64,000 bases of DNA, taken from contig CP086569.2 in assembly GCA_009914755.4 (NCBI GenBank), positions 15,040,001 to 15,104,000 on the forward strand, given 5' to 3'. A program made the position numbers and the translations under genes. Of the stretch, positions 1-13,760 are shown in pieces; position 1 is the first letter of the stretch, and each line of letters starts with the position of its first letter. The notes beneath the pieces were generated by a model that worked only from the letters and a program-made list of their open reading frames with translations, did not search any database and was not told the origin of the DNA. This stretch comes from the human T2T-CHM13v2.0 reference genome, Homo sapiens.

Positions 1-859
1 AACCTGGAGCTCACAAAAACATGTGTTGTATGAAATCAAGGTTTAAGGGATCTAGGGCTGTGCAGGATGTGCCTTGTTAACAAAATGTTTACAAGCAGTA
101 TACTTGGCAAAAGTCATAACCATTCTCTAGTCTCAATAAACCAGGGGCACAGTGCACTGCAGAAAGCTGCAGGGACCTCTGCCCTTGAAAGTGGGGTATT
201 GTCCAAGGTTTCTCCCCATGTGATAGTCTGAAATATGGCCTCATGGGATGAAAAAGACCTGTCCCCTAGCCTGACACCCATAAAGGGTCTGTGCTGAGGT
301 GGATTAGTAAAAGAGGAAAGCCTCTTGCAATTGAGATAGAGGAAGGCCACTGTCTGCTGCCTGCCCCTGGGAACTGAATGACTTAGTCTAAAAACCAATT
401 GTACATTTGTTCAATTCTGAGATGAGAGAAAAACCGCCCTATGGTGGGAGGCAAGACATGTTTACAGCAATGCTGCCTTGTTATTCTTTACTCCACTGAG
501 ATGTTTGGGTGGAGAGAAACATAAATCTGGCTTACATGCATGTCCAGTCATAGTACCTTCCCTTGAACTTAATTATGACATAGATTCTATTGCTCAAGTG
601 TTTGTTGCTGACCTTCTCCTTATTATCACACCACCCTCCTACTACATTCCTTTTTGCTGAAATAATGACAATAATCAATAAAACCTGAGGGAACTCAGAC
701 AACGGTACCAGTGCAGGTCCTTGGTATGCTCAGTGCTGGTCCCCTGGGCCCACTGTTGTTTCTCTAAACTTTGTCTCTGTGTCTTATTTTTCTTTCTCAG
801 TCTCTTTTCCCACCCAACTAGAAATACTCACAGGTGTGGAGGGACAGGCCACCCCTTCA
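1..859 (+). mobile_element. HERV-K (HML-2-related) LTR, 5'-truncated by the window edge; solo LTR or 3' LTR
   Basis: Strong similarity to the LTR5 family. The region 'ccaaggtttctccccatgtgatagtctgaaatatggcctc...gtaaagggtctgtgctgagg.ggattagtaaaagaggaa' is conserved, there is an 'aataaa' signal at about 679, and the end motif 'acaggtgtggaggg.cag.ccaccccttca' sits at 827-859. No PBS follows. Confidence 0.8.
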
Positions 860-883
860 AATGAGAATAACTTGATCTCAAAG

Positions 884-996
884 ACAGGGCTTGCATGAAC
901 CACAATCATGCCACTACACTCCAGCATGGGTGATGGAGCAAAACTCTGTTCAGAAACAACAAAACAACAACAACAACAATGACAACAACAAAACAT
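884..996 (+). mobile_element. Alu 3' fragment (right arm plus A-rich tail)
   Basis: 'gcttgcatgaaccacaatcatgccactacactccagcatgggtgatggagcaaaactctgtt' matches the Alu right-monomer end, followed by a degenerate A-rich tail. Confidence 0.75.
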
Positions 997-2640
997 GACT
1001 CTTAACGTGTGTAATACTCTCTTCATGATTTACCTGCAAATATATACTTTTTGCTAATAGGAGAAACCATACACATTTATTCCTAGGGATGAATCTCTTC
1101 CTTCCCCTGATCCCCTGCTACTTTTCAAATTAAAATTCAAAGAATGTTTTATTGTGTAGACTTTTATGAGAGACAGTAGATGCAATGTGCAATAATTCAT
1201 TTGCAAAATTATAAAAATACTATCCAAATCAATATCTATCTAATATGTTATCTAGGGAAGACCAGGATATAACATTGAATTCCTTCTCAATTAGTGTATT
1301 CCTGAAGGCCCAAGAAGTGTGTATCTGCAATGCCCTGATAAACTGTTGACTTCAAAAAGACTGCACACAATTTGCTTTCAAGCATCAACAATCTGAAGTA
1401 AAACACTTGGCCTTTTTCAGAGTCTCCAGATATTTCTATCATTCCAAGAACCATATTTCCTTTGTAACAATAGTCCTGAATCTTCCTTCTGTTTTTGAAC
1501 CTTTCCCTATCTGGTACTTGGGAAAACCATTTGCCAGGGAAGAAGGAGAATGACAGAATAGATATTGAGTGCCTCTTTCTGTTTTCATATCTCCTATTGA
1601 GAGGCTCAATATAAAGAGTTAGAAGGGTGACTCATTCCTGACAACTGCATATAATTGCAGGAGGGCATTCCTTCCTTCCTCTGAGGCTACCTTTCCTTAT
1701 TCTATTTGATAGTCTCTATCAGTGCTAGAGGATTAATGATAGTTACCCAAAAGCTTCCCCTGTCTCTGAACACAGAAGATAATTACTATATTATCATCAT
1801 CATCATATAAAAGAGTTTCTGGTACCATCAGCAACACAGCAATACATCCTTGTCCTTTCCTGATACACTGAAAGAATCAAAAGGAAAAGATTCATACCTC
1901 ACACTCCATTTCAGCATGGCCACTGGAGCCCACATAGCATTAACCTCAAGAAAGTGACAGAAATGTCCTTACGCAAAGCACATCTCACTCAGCAAACTGC
2001 CTTCTGGGAAGAATCAATAACAATAAAAAAGTCTAAATTGCTACAAACCTATGCCCCAAAAGCGTTGCACATTTGCCACCAACAATTATTGAATACTTAC
2101 AATTCTTGGTAAAGAATACAGTTCTCACACAAGGCTAATGGTGTATAATTGAGTCGGTACGAGCCAATAATTATCCTTTTTTTATAACCCTTTTGAGGAT
2201 AATTTTGGCTTTAGTTACTTATGAATGCAAAATAACTCACATCTGTTTGCAGAAAAGTCCTTTTAAGGTAGTTGTGATCTTCCTATGTTGTTTCCTTAAA
2301 AATAGCAAGTTACACCAAAACTTGTCCTCTAGGTGGGATAGGATGGGTTTGTTTTCCTTTGCTTCCACCCATTACCCTTTCTTGCAACTGGTCTTTAATA
2401 GAGGAAAGTAAGATGTGTCACAAATATGCTCTGAAAACACTCAATACAGTAATAATCATTTTCTATGTATTTTACTCAAAGTAATCTGATGTGCCTAAAT
2501 ATCTTTTAAAGACTCAGATTCTGATTCTACTCCTTTCTCTTCAGTGCATACCTATGACCAAAGGGAGGAGAGGAACAAGGGGCCATGCTAGACTGTAGAA
2601 GGGCTTCATTTGGCCAGCCTGGGCCCCATGTTTACTGTGT

Positions 2641-3166
2641 CCTCTATCTTGTCTTTTTCCTCCTCTTCTTTCATTTTCTCTCCCTTTTCTTCCCTTTCAC
2701 TCTCTTTCCCTCCCTTTCCCTCCCATCCCCCTCCCCTCCCCTTCCATCCTCCTCCCCTCCCCTTCCTTACTCCTGCCATTCCCATCCCCTCCCTCCCTCT
2801 CCACTTCCCTCTCCTCTGCTCCTCTCTGCCTCACCTCTCCTCCCTCCTTCCATCCCTCCCTCCTTCCCTCTCTCCTTCCTTCCCTCTGTCCTTCCCTTCC
2901 TTTCCTTCTTTCTCCTTCTTTCTTCTCTTCCTCTTATTCTTTTCTTCTTCTTCTCCTCGCCCTTCTCCTCCTCCTTCTCCTTCCCATTTTCCTTCTCTTT
3001 TCCCTTCTCCTTTTCCTTGTCTTTTCTCTTCTCCCTCTCCTCCTCACTCTTTCTCTTCCTTCTCTCCCCCTCCTCCTTTTCCCTCCTTCCCTGCTCTGTA
3101 TCCTCCTTCTCCTTCTTCTCTTCCTGTTCCTTCTCCTCCTTTTCTTCCCTCTTATTCTCCTTCTTG
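2641..3166. repeat. Roughly 525 bp polypyrimidine (CT-rich, (TCCC)/(CTT)/(CCT)-like) low-complexity tract on the + strand
   Basis: Nearly pure C/T over about 525 nt. It generates the spurious 205-222 aa overlapping ORFs on both strands. Confidence 0.95.
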
Positions 3167-5404
3167 CAATGGGCAAGCACTCCCCAGTTGCAGGCATCTC
3201 TGGTTCCCCACTGTTCACACAGCCTGAATCATGCCTGTGTGATAGCTGCCTGACTCCTGCAGGCATTTGAGTTTCCATCTCTGACTTAAATGATCATATG
3301 TGACACTTGTAAGATACAACTAAGAGGAGAAAGAAAAAATAATGTTGGTGATATGGGAGCAACTGAGATGTGAAACTAGGTACAACACTTACATATATTT
3401 ACTAAAGATATCATAGTGTACTCTCACTGTTTTTTTATGTACCTTCTGTTTTGTTATGTGTACTCTCTCTGTTTTACACTATACTTTGAAATTCACGTGC
3501 TATCTTTTTTAAAGTCTCATGATGATGACATGAGTTATGTATTAACCCAACCCACGGAGGAAAAAAAATGAACACATACACACACACAAAAATAAAATAA
3601 AACCAGAATGAAATAACATCATGTATTCAAGTTGACATGTAAATTCTGTAAGGAGTAGATTCAGGATTGCAGCATGCTTGAAAATGGGAACCGTACATGT
3701 TTTTCCTCTCTGAAGCACACTCCTAAATATAATTTTGACATCACCCAAAACGCATCAGCTGAAAAAAATGGTATAGGTATGTGATCAATGTTGAAAGATT
3801 ATAAAGAAAATAAAGACAAATACAGATTTTCTTTCAAAATATCAACATACTGGTTGTAGGCTCTTTTGGTCAAACTTGAAAGGAATAAAATTAAATAAAT
3901 AATATAAATATAGTGAAAATGAATATGTGTGTGTGTTTATACACACACATACACATACCATGCATGCATACATGGATAGGGAGTCATTTTGACTCAGGAA
4001 AAAAAAAAACTAAACTAAATGTTTAAGGAATATGTCATTAATCTTATCATACACTCTCTAGCTGGAGGAATCCATGCCTTTCCCCAAATTTGTGTCAGTA
4101 TCTCAGGTGATACCAATAATCAAACTCCATGCTTTCTACTGATGACAACCAAAAATGTCTCCAAACATTACCAAATGTCTCCTGAAGGCACAACCACCCC
4201 AGGTGTGTACCACTTCCTAGCTCCATCACATTCTATCACAATGTCCCCTTGAAACTCTTCCATATTTCCTACCAGTGTATTAAGAGCTCTGCAACCAATC
4301 TTCATCTAATTGCCAAAATGAAAAACTCACCAATTACTGTCAACTATTCCTTATGAGTAGTAACAGATTTAAAGTTTTTTCTGTTCCCATCACACCATTT
4401 CCAAGTCTTTGTAGAAGAAATCAGATATTATTATTGTCTAAATTCATTAACTTTGTATGCATCTTAGAATCATCCAAGGATTTGTTTAAAACTCCAAACT
4501 CCAGGTGACACCCCAGAAAATTAAATCAGAATATCAGGGGTTGAGGACACAGAGGCACTGTCTTTGAAGCTCCTCAGTTGACTCCAAAGCATGAAAACAT
4601 TTGTAAACTGCTGGTCTAGATTTTTGGCCAAATTCAAGGATGAGCCATGACATTGGAAATGGGATGCCTATGTTGCATCCTGTACAAAATTTCCACATCA
4701 TCTTGGGTATATGACTTCATTCAACTCTGTTTTTCTCTATAATTTTGGGCTATAAGGCTTACCTCATGTGACAACCATGAGACTTAAAAAGATGACATGA
4801 ATTTCAAAATATAGTGAATGGAATCTATAACAATACAGTTGTTTCTACAATAACTATAATTTTTACTATTAATTATTCCTTTTCAATAATTATATTGAGC
4901 TCATTCTTTCCATTACAATGATGTTTTCAACAATTTCAGTCTAGAAAGCTGACTAAATAATTCAATCTAGGGATTATAAGTAGGATCATTATTTTAATCT
5001 ATATGTTGGTAAACTGGAATATATATTCAAGTAATTATTTTTCAGAAGAGCTATTTATGTGGTATACTTTGTAAATCATAGCCTACCTGAGTGCACCTTT
5101 CTATTGCCATTATGCTTGAAGGAAATCTTTTTTTCAGGGAGTTGAATTGAATTATTGGCCTTGGAATCCTAACCTGTCAACACTCTGTAGATGTTACTTG
5201 ATCTTTCATTGTTTGATATTACAGAGAAGCTTGGAGTCAGCCCAGGAATACTTCCATACCATGTCACATACTTTGTTTGCCATGGTGATTATAGATGTCA
5301 TTTTACTTTTATTTAAACTGTGATGATATATCACATTTTGGTTTGGATCTACTTTTATTAAATTTTCCTCAAACCCAAGTGAACTCCATCAATCTGCAAC
5401 TGTG

Positions 5405-5433
<29 letters not shown>
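5405..5433. repeat. poly(T) tract of about 29 nt
   Basis: Direct observation. Confidence 0.95.
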
Positions 5434-5435
<2 letters not shown>

Positions 5436-6323
5436 CTTAGAAGGGTTTTCTTGTGTTACAACGTTGACTATTATTTCTGGTCCATTTGCTTTCAAATCAT
5501 CTTCAAGAACACTAATTTTAAGTTTCTTCTTTTCTTTGTCATTTGTATTTTTAATTTCTTTTTAAATTTATTCTATATGTCATTTTCTTTTCATTCTCGG
5601 AATGTATCCCATGTTGTACATGCCAGAAAATTGATTATTTTTGAGTTTCAGTTCCATTCTTTACCAATTCCAAAGCAAATTTAAATTTGATCATTGAGCT
5701 TTAAATTTTTTTAAGTCATATCCATATTCATTTTATTCTGTTCTTTTCTAATACTGCATGCTTGTTGTTGTATTTGCAATAGTGGGAGAATAAAATAAAT
5801 CTCAATATTCTGGAATCCAAATATTTACATTACAATTATAAAAATAACCCCAAATCCTTACAAGCCTTATTATGTGCCAGGAATATCTAGAACATTTTCT
5901 AAAATGATTCTTTAGGAAAAGCAGCTCTTACCCTTCAAATATTTCTCTTTTTCAAAGTTAAGGTACAGGCACGTCTAGAGATTTCTGTATCTTACATGTA
6001 CTTCTCTGAAAAGCAATCTCTTTTTGTAACCATTTACACTTCTATAGATAACCCATACCAAATTAGAAAAAAAAAAAGAAGGCCTATATTTATCCCTGCA
6101 GTGAAATAGTTTTGTGTTGCATACCAGATTAACCCATGCTGTGAAGAACAGAGACAGTGAAGCACTAAGTTAGAGAGCAAATCTCACCTAAAGTCTGAGA
6201 AAGAAAACGTTTTTCTTCAAGTGCAAGTCCACACTCCCATTTGTGAAGCTTTTGTCTCTTTTCCTTCCTGTGATCTGTCTCTATGGCATTCTTTCCTGTT
6301 ATAAAATCAACTATTTTCCAACA

Positions 6324-6636
6324 AAGTGTAGGGCCTTGTGACGTGGCCAAGTGACTTTTAGACAGAAAGCAGCTGTAAGACAATGGGCTGTTGGGCAAGC
6401 TTGTTAATGCATAGCTTTGCTTCTTCTCAAACCTTAGGCTTGTGCTTAAAAACTACCAATTCAGTGACATTAATTTCATGATGATGGCTTCACAGGCACT
6501 GTGTTAAGTGCTCACATTGCCTGAATTCTTTCCATCTGTATGACAACCACATGAGGTAAGTGCTCATAATACCTCCATCTACAGATGAAAAAATAGAAGT
6601 ACAAGGAAGTTAGGTAATTTTTCAGATATACAATGG
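6324..6636 (-). repeat. Left arm of an ancient inverted duplication; the 3' part (about 6470-6636) is a MIR SINE in minus orientation
   Basis: The MIR core 'ctacagatgaaaaaatagaagtacaaggaagttaggtaattt' resembles MIR 'ttacagatgaggaaactgaggcacagagaggttaagtaacttg'. The arm is about 85-90% identical to the reverse complement of 7185-7485. Confidence 0.7.
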
Positions 6637-7184
6637 AAAATGATTTTATAACAGGAAAGAATGGAAAAGACCCAGTGGAAAAGATTCCATAAACTTATCC
6701 ACATGAAGGGTTATATTGGGTGTATTGATCAAACAGCAATTACTGATTGAATGCTTACCATATGTAAGGAAGTCACAGGTTTTGGAAAGTATTAAGCAAT
6801 CTCTGCGAGCAGCTTACAGATTAAGAATAAGGCTTTCCTGAAGAAGGATGGAGCCTCCTCACTGAAGAACATGGTTTTGCATGTCACCCCAGGTAACGGT
6901 AATGTGATTATCTAAGTGAGTATAAAGACTGAAAAAGTTATATAGTGAATGGAGTGAATCACAGGGGACACATACTAGAGGCAAAAACCCTGAGTCCCAG
7001 GAATAAGACTCTTTCAGGGAAAAAGATAATTTCCATTTTATGGTTGCCTTCTTGCACCTGTCATTGGGTTGGATACTCTGCAAACATTGTTTTGCTTCAT
7101 TATCTGAATATGTTTATGCAGACATAAGAAGGGAGGAAGCATGTAGAGTCCAGTCCAGACTTGGCTTTGACACCCCACTTGTAT

Positions 7185-7485
7185 ATCTGAAAAATTACCT
7201 AACTTCCCTGTATCTGCACTTCTTTACCTGTAGATGGAGAAATGAGCACCTACATCATAAGCTTGTCATAGAGATGGAAATAATTCATGCAGTGTGAGCA
7301 TTTAACACAGTGCCTGTGAAGCCATCACCATGAAATTAATGCAACTTAACTGGTAGTTTTTAAGCAAAAGCCTAAGCTTTGAGCAGAAGCAAAGCTAAGC
7401 ATTAACCAGCTTTCCCAACAGCCCACTTCCTTATAGCTGCTTACTGTCAAAAAGTCAAATGGCCACTGTAACGAAGTCCTAACTT
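7185..7485 (+). repeat. Right arm of the inverted duplication, with a MIR SINE in plus orientation at about 7185-7345
   Basis: The reverse complement aligns with 6324-6636. For example 'ggaagttaggtaatttttcagatatacaa' pairs with 'ttgtatatctgaaaaattacctaacttcc', and 'ggccaagtgacttttagacagaaagcagctgtaag' pairs with 'cttactgtcaaaaagtcaaatggcc'. Confidence 0.7.
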
Positions 7486-8635
7486 TCCTTAATTGTTTCT
7501 GTAGATAACATCTTAAGGTTAAGAAACTTCAAGTTCTTCATTGGAGATACTTTCCAGATTCTTCTTTCCAGTGGGTCCAGTGATGCCAGCCTGTCTGAAG
7601 ATCCCCTCCAAGGAACTGACTCAATGCAAAAATGCAGTTTCTACATCCTTATAATTTCATGTCTAATTCTCTAATCACACCTCATTGGCAATTACAAGCT
7701 CCTCAACCCTCTACCCACCAATTTTTTCTTAAAAACACAAAAAGTCCAAAACTCCTCATGGAGGTGAATTTGAGGTTCCCTCCTAACTCCTCACCTAGTT
7801 GCCCAGTGATGATTAAACTCTTTCTCTATGGCAATTCCTGCTGTTTTGGTGCATTGTTCTGTTGCCATGCAATGGGTAATCAAACCTCATTTTTCTACAA
7901 GGCCTGGAAGTCAGAAAGGATCATGGATGTTTGTCAAATAAAGCTAGTCCTCCTGCATAAATAAGAAAACTTCATCTTGAAGGAGTCAAAGTAAAATGAA
8001 ATACATAGAAGAATCAGAAAAGTTCTGGATTCTGACTTAAGGGTTGGAAACAGGAAAAAAGTTTGCAGAGAAAAGAAATAGCTAGGCTTAGGGAACAGTC
8101 ATCTGCAGTCACTCGAACAGTCATCTGGCTAATATTTCTTTCAATAAGTGCAATTTTTCCTCCACTGTCTCTTTCTTTTGTGCTACACTTGAAAACTCCT
8201 GGAAAAGTCTGGCTTTCACTTGAATCACTGAAGAGGAAGTAGTATAATGAATTACATGTCAATTAAACACAGTCCACATTCCATAACCTTTAACACACTT
8301 CACAACATGGTTTACATTTGGAAACCACAAGATTTAGCAAGGATGATAAGGCAGATCATGTGTTTCTAACCTCTCACAAGAAATACAGTTTAGTTTTGCT
8401 TCCTTTAAGAAAATTAGTATGCTTATACTGGTCACACTAAGGCACCATATGGGGCCACAGGTGCTAATGAAACCGTCTTGACTTCTCCTGGTCATTAGAT
8501 GCACAAGAATAAAATCACCTTGTGACAAAGGCTAAAAAACCAGACAATGAAAAGTGACACATTCTTTTCAAGTTCCTCTGCCATAGGTGTTTCAAATACT
8601 CAAACAAACCACTGATTCCTCTAAATATATATATA

Positions 8636-8970
<335 letters not shown>

Positions 8971-11720
8971 TAGCCTAAAAAAGATCTTATATAATGAGAA
9001 CTGCTTGTTCTCCTTGGATCTCCCATGAAAGCATGGGCATTATCAAGCCTTCCCTGACATATATGAACAAGGTAAGTCAATGTCCCCCTCCCAGATTCAA
9101 GATAATCTGGAATCAATACCGTGTTGCAAAGAATATAGCTATGGCTCTGACTCTATATTTTATGCACAGAGGAGCTTGGAGACATTACATTGTTTTAAAC
9201 TGGAACATGTACCTTCTTTTCATGGTATTTCAAAGTCTTCCACTGACACTAGCATCAAAGTCTGAATGTCATGAATTGCCCATTTAGATAGACAATTATC
9301 ACTCTAAGAAAGGAAAACACTGAAGACACTCACGCACAGGGACCCAGCTCATCTAAGCAGGGAGACATCCTTGCTTCTCTTATCCATACGGATTGGTGCC
9401 TTCTGCTTGTTCTTCTACATTCTGGAGTTACAATTCCCTTACAGGAAGATTTTCTACTGAAGGAATGCTTTGAGGATGAAGGAAGTGAGAGACTGATCAT
9501 TGAGAGTCTGAGGTATGGTCTAGCTCCCATTTTCTTTGCTATTTAAGGATTGTAACATTCTGTGCTAGAGGTGTGCATTGCTGTATAGAGTGGCATATAC
9601 CACTGGATTAGTAAGAGTAAGAAGAAACTTCTAACCTTATGTCAGGGCCATGATGCTAGAATAGGCACCCTTTATTTATTCTAGAAATGGACATTGCTAT
9701 GAATTTCAAATCAAAACAGAAACATTTTTTAGGCAGTTCCATCCTTTATATAACTGTGAATAAGTAAAACACTGGTTAATGTTTTCTTTCTTCTGATGAA
9801 TTTTCTTATCTGTTATGTTGGTACAAAGGTACTTGTGATTTTTGCCATTACTTTCAATGGCAAAAACTGCAATTACTGTTACACCAACCTAAAATATATG
9901 ATGCTTCAAAGAAAGTGGCATGTGACAATAATACTTATTCGAAGGACTAAGAGAGGTAACTGGATTAGGAATTGTACATGTCATTCTACAAGAGTACTCT
10001 TGATTAAGCCAAAATTCAGTAGCATCTCTTCAACTCCAAGTTTAAAGGAATCTGGACTGAAAGATAATATCAGAGGACCATCAATGAATGGACGTCCCAA
10101 AAGTTGGGCATGAGCTAATGGCATTTAGGGCTAACTCCCATCTCCAAGCCTTTGGAACATTAGAATCCTTCTTACTGGCAACCTCATACAGCTTTTTGGT
10201 GCCAAAGCATTTGGACATTCTCCACTCTAAGTTATTTTGACTGAGTGACTCTGTCCAAGTCATGAAAAGGGGATGGGTGCATTTGCATCTCTGGAAGAAA
10301 AGGATCATATTTTTTCCATTTTACTTCTTGTGTATCATGAATTATAAATCTGTGTATTATTCAGCAGGCTAACAGCTAAAAGAAGCTCTCAAAATGCAGG
10401 ATAGGCATGAATTTCACCAAGAAAGACCTGTGTGATATACATATTGTAAAATGCATTTCATCCTTGTCTCTTGTAACTGCACACATTCAATGAACCTACT
10501 TTTACATTTGAGAAGAGAGTATGCTGGCAAAATGGTGAAAAAGAAATCACTGTTTTTGATTCCCCATGAACCTACTTCATCCCTTTCCATTGTTCCTCAA
10601 TAGCCTCTCTATGACCCAGTTGTTTTATTTGTTAAGTGAATGTGTGACGTGGCATTTCTGTGAAAAATAAGAACTTGATATCTCTAAGCACTTTAACCTT
10701 AACAGTAGAGCACTTAGTACTACAGTCCTAAGGCTGTCATATTCAGTTCAAGAGCAAATATACAGGGAAAAATAATAGAATAAGACAAATCTGGGTGAGG
10801 GGCATGGTGCAATGAAGTGGCCTGAACTGCTGCTCCTTAACACCACTCAGATGCTCTGTGGACAGACATACCATGTGCTGCTGCTGGGAAACAGATAACC
10901 ATGCCAGTCACTGGAAGAGAAGGTCACAGAAAGAAATTGCTCCTAGACATCATGGAATCAATTATAAAACAAAAATAGCTATATCAGTGAAGGCCTTTTA
11001 AATCCAATATGAAAAGAAGGGCTTTCTTTGTCCTTCCCTGTGTCTGCCTGAATTATCAGGGATAGCTGCTAGTTACATACTTCTTGTCTGAAAACAGCAT
11101 TAAGAACTGGAGAAAAGTCCCCATAGATTTTCTTCCTAGTAAAGGAATATTTTATTATTATAGGAAATCACCTTCTAATTCTGTTTATGTAGATAATGTC
11201 CTTTTAAGGGAAAAGGAGTATTGAATATTTGATGCCATTTACATTTCTCCTGCAACTTCTTCTGTTGATCAAAAGCCATTGTAGAAACAGGTAAAATACA
11301 TTGGTACACAGACAAGTACCATAAAACATTAAGGAAGATGGTGAACTTCCAAAAGGACTAGAAGTAGACATATTCAACAGGAAACAGAGACTGCTGTTTG
11401 CAGGGTAAGAAGATAATTGGACAAGGAAATCATAAAACTGGAATCCAGACTCAACTCTTTTATAATCTAGATTTATGTCCTTTGATAACAGGTCTAACCT
11501 TCCTGGGACTGAATTTGTTTTTTTTTCTTACGTGAAAGGTCAGGTGACTTATGCTACCCAGAGAATAATATCAATCAATCAAAGAAGAATGTGGAAAAAC
11601 CAAGATCTCCTGTTTAAGGTCTTCCAGTTACCCACTGCAACAGATTATCATGAGCCTGTTCAGGCACAAGATCTCAGGACTTCAGTTATTAGTTATTCTT
11701 TTAAGAATAGTGTTAAATAG

Positions 11721-11835
11721 GTCAGGTATGGTAGTTCATACCTGTAATCTCAGCATTTTGGGAGGCCAAAACAGGTGGACCACTGCATTCTAGTCTGGGT
11801 GACACAGCAAGACTTCATATCAAAAGAAAAAAAAA
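11721..11835 (+). mobile_element. Truncated or internally deleted Alu (FLAM-like) with poly-A tail
   Basis: 'ggtcaggtatggtagttcatacctgtaatctcagcattttgggaggcc...ctgggtgacacagcaagacttcatatcaaaagaaaaaaaaa'. Confidence 0.8.
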
Positions 11836-12497
11836 TGTTAAATAGCACTTGATTAATAAATGAGGTGCATAGGAAATGCCAAAAAGTATCAAGGAATATT
11901 GGGGATTTTTCTGCTCAAAATTACTTAGAAGGAATAGTGACTCAGGTTAACATATCTTTCATGGGTCTGAAAGCTAGGGCCCATGAAATACATCTTCTCT
12001 GCCACCTGTTTTTGCAGATACAGTTATATTGGGACAAAGCTACACCATCCTGCATTTACACAATATCTTATCCCTGCTTTCATCCTACAGTACAATGAAG
12101 GTAGAGTTGAGTAGTGGTGATAGAGACCATCTGGCCTCAAAGCTGAAAATATTTATTATCTGTCTTTTGCAGATAAAAGATTGCCATCTCCTGCTTTTGA
12201 CTTAGAGGAGGTTATAAGGCCACCTTATGAGAGATGAAATTGGAAAAGTGTGACATAGGTCGTAGGTGACATCTGGTTCCTTATGATAGTTTTTGTTGTA
12301 CTTAATGCATGGTCTAAACACTTAAGGTAAATGCCAAAGGAAAGTTCCCTTATTTTAGAAATAGCCAGAGAGAAGTGGTGTTACTCATGCATCTCCCCAG
12401 TGAATTTGCAATCTTTAGATCTGCACCACCTGGGGGCTTGTTAGAAAGTCATACTGTCAGGCCCTGCTACAGCCCTACTGAACCAGAGTCTGCATTT

Positions 12498-12827
12498 AAC
12501 TGGCTCCCTGGAGGATTTATGCCCACATTTATTTTAAGTAGCACAGTCCTAGACATTAGAGGAAGTCAGTTTTTACAGACACAACAGAAACTGGGTGCTT
12601 TTGTTTTTTAACTGGATTCCTGGGGGATTTATATCCATATTTAGTTAAGTAGCACAGCCCTAGACATTACAGGAAGTCAGTTTTTACAGACACAACAAAA
12701 TCTGGGTGCTTTTGCTTTTAACTGGATTCCTGGGGGATTTATATCCACATTTAGTTTAAGTAGCACAGCCCTAGACATTACAGGAAGTCAGTTTTTACAG
12801 ACACAACAGAATCTGTGTGTTTTTGCC
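12498..12827. repeat. Tandem triplication of an approximately 110 bp unit. Copies 2 and 3 are about 97% identical; copy 1 is about 88% identical.
   Basis: Units start at about 12498, 12610 and 12720. Each contains '...ggat(t/c)cctggggga tttat(a/g)(t/c)cca(c/t)atttagtt(t)aagtagcacagccctagacattacaggaagtcagtttttacagacacaaca...'. The repeated unit is the 3' part of an ancient interspersed-repeat fragment that begins at about 12410. Confidence 0.9.
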
Positions 12828-13760
12828 AAATTTTTGCAGCTATGGACTACAGAGTTGACATACAAATCTGCTGTTAAAAGCATTTTAGGCAGAGGGAACT
12901 ATAAATTCAGAATATTGTACATTTACAATTTCATGACACTTACATTTTCAATAAAGTATAAGTTTTAGTTGCTTAAAATTTAGCATGTTTATGATATTTG
13001 AAAACCACATCCCACAACCATCTTCCCTCTAGAATTCGGTTTACCTGAAAAAATAATTGCAATCTTTTTCATTTGGTCTCAGTGGATGGCTCATGAAATT
13101 TACCAGTGTTTAACAGTATCTGAAATCCCCATTATTTTCTGCCCAACTGTTTCCCCTTTATTCCTCTATTCTTGCTGAGGAACTGTCCTTGTTAATTTGT
13201 TCATTAAGGATATATGGGTGGTGAATTCCTAGTCTTTCTATATCTTAAAGTGGTTTCCATAGCTTCATCTTGGTCTGAAGTTAGCTGGGTATTGGATTTT
13301 CAATTGATGATTATTTTTCTGCCCTTAGACTATTTCTCCAAGACCATTTTACTTCTCCTGATATTTATGTGAATCTACTAACAGACTAACAGTCTTTCTC
13401 TTGCAATCTGCTCTTTTTTAAATATCTTGGGGAGATACTTCACTTTGTGTTCATTCTTAATATTCTTTAGTTTTATATCAATCTATAAATTTACTGATTA
13501 TCTTATTTGGTACTCAAGTGATGTATTTCAATGTGAGAGCTCATATGTTTCTTTAAGAATATTTCCATCCATTTTCTTTCCAACCGTTGTTGCCTTGGTT
13601 GGTCCTTTTTCTAACCCATGTCCATAAACATATCTCCTAATGACTCTTTATGTATTCATATTAATTTTTCTTTCTTTGCACTTCCTCTATACTATTTTTC
13701 AGCGTTCTCATTGATTGTAGAGTCTACACTTTACAGTATTATATTTTATCTCCATTACCC

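Noticed and set aside
2585-3278. Large overlapping ORFs of 222, 205, 137 and 114 aa on both strands
   Set aside because: They lie entirely in the polypyrimidine/polypurine low-complexity tract. The translations are S/P/L/F-rich or E/K/R-rich homopolymeric artefacts, not genes.
13100-13760. Possible L1 or MaLR-internal sequence left of the THE1 LTR
   Set aside because: The similarity was too weak for me to verify by eye, so I made no call.
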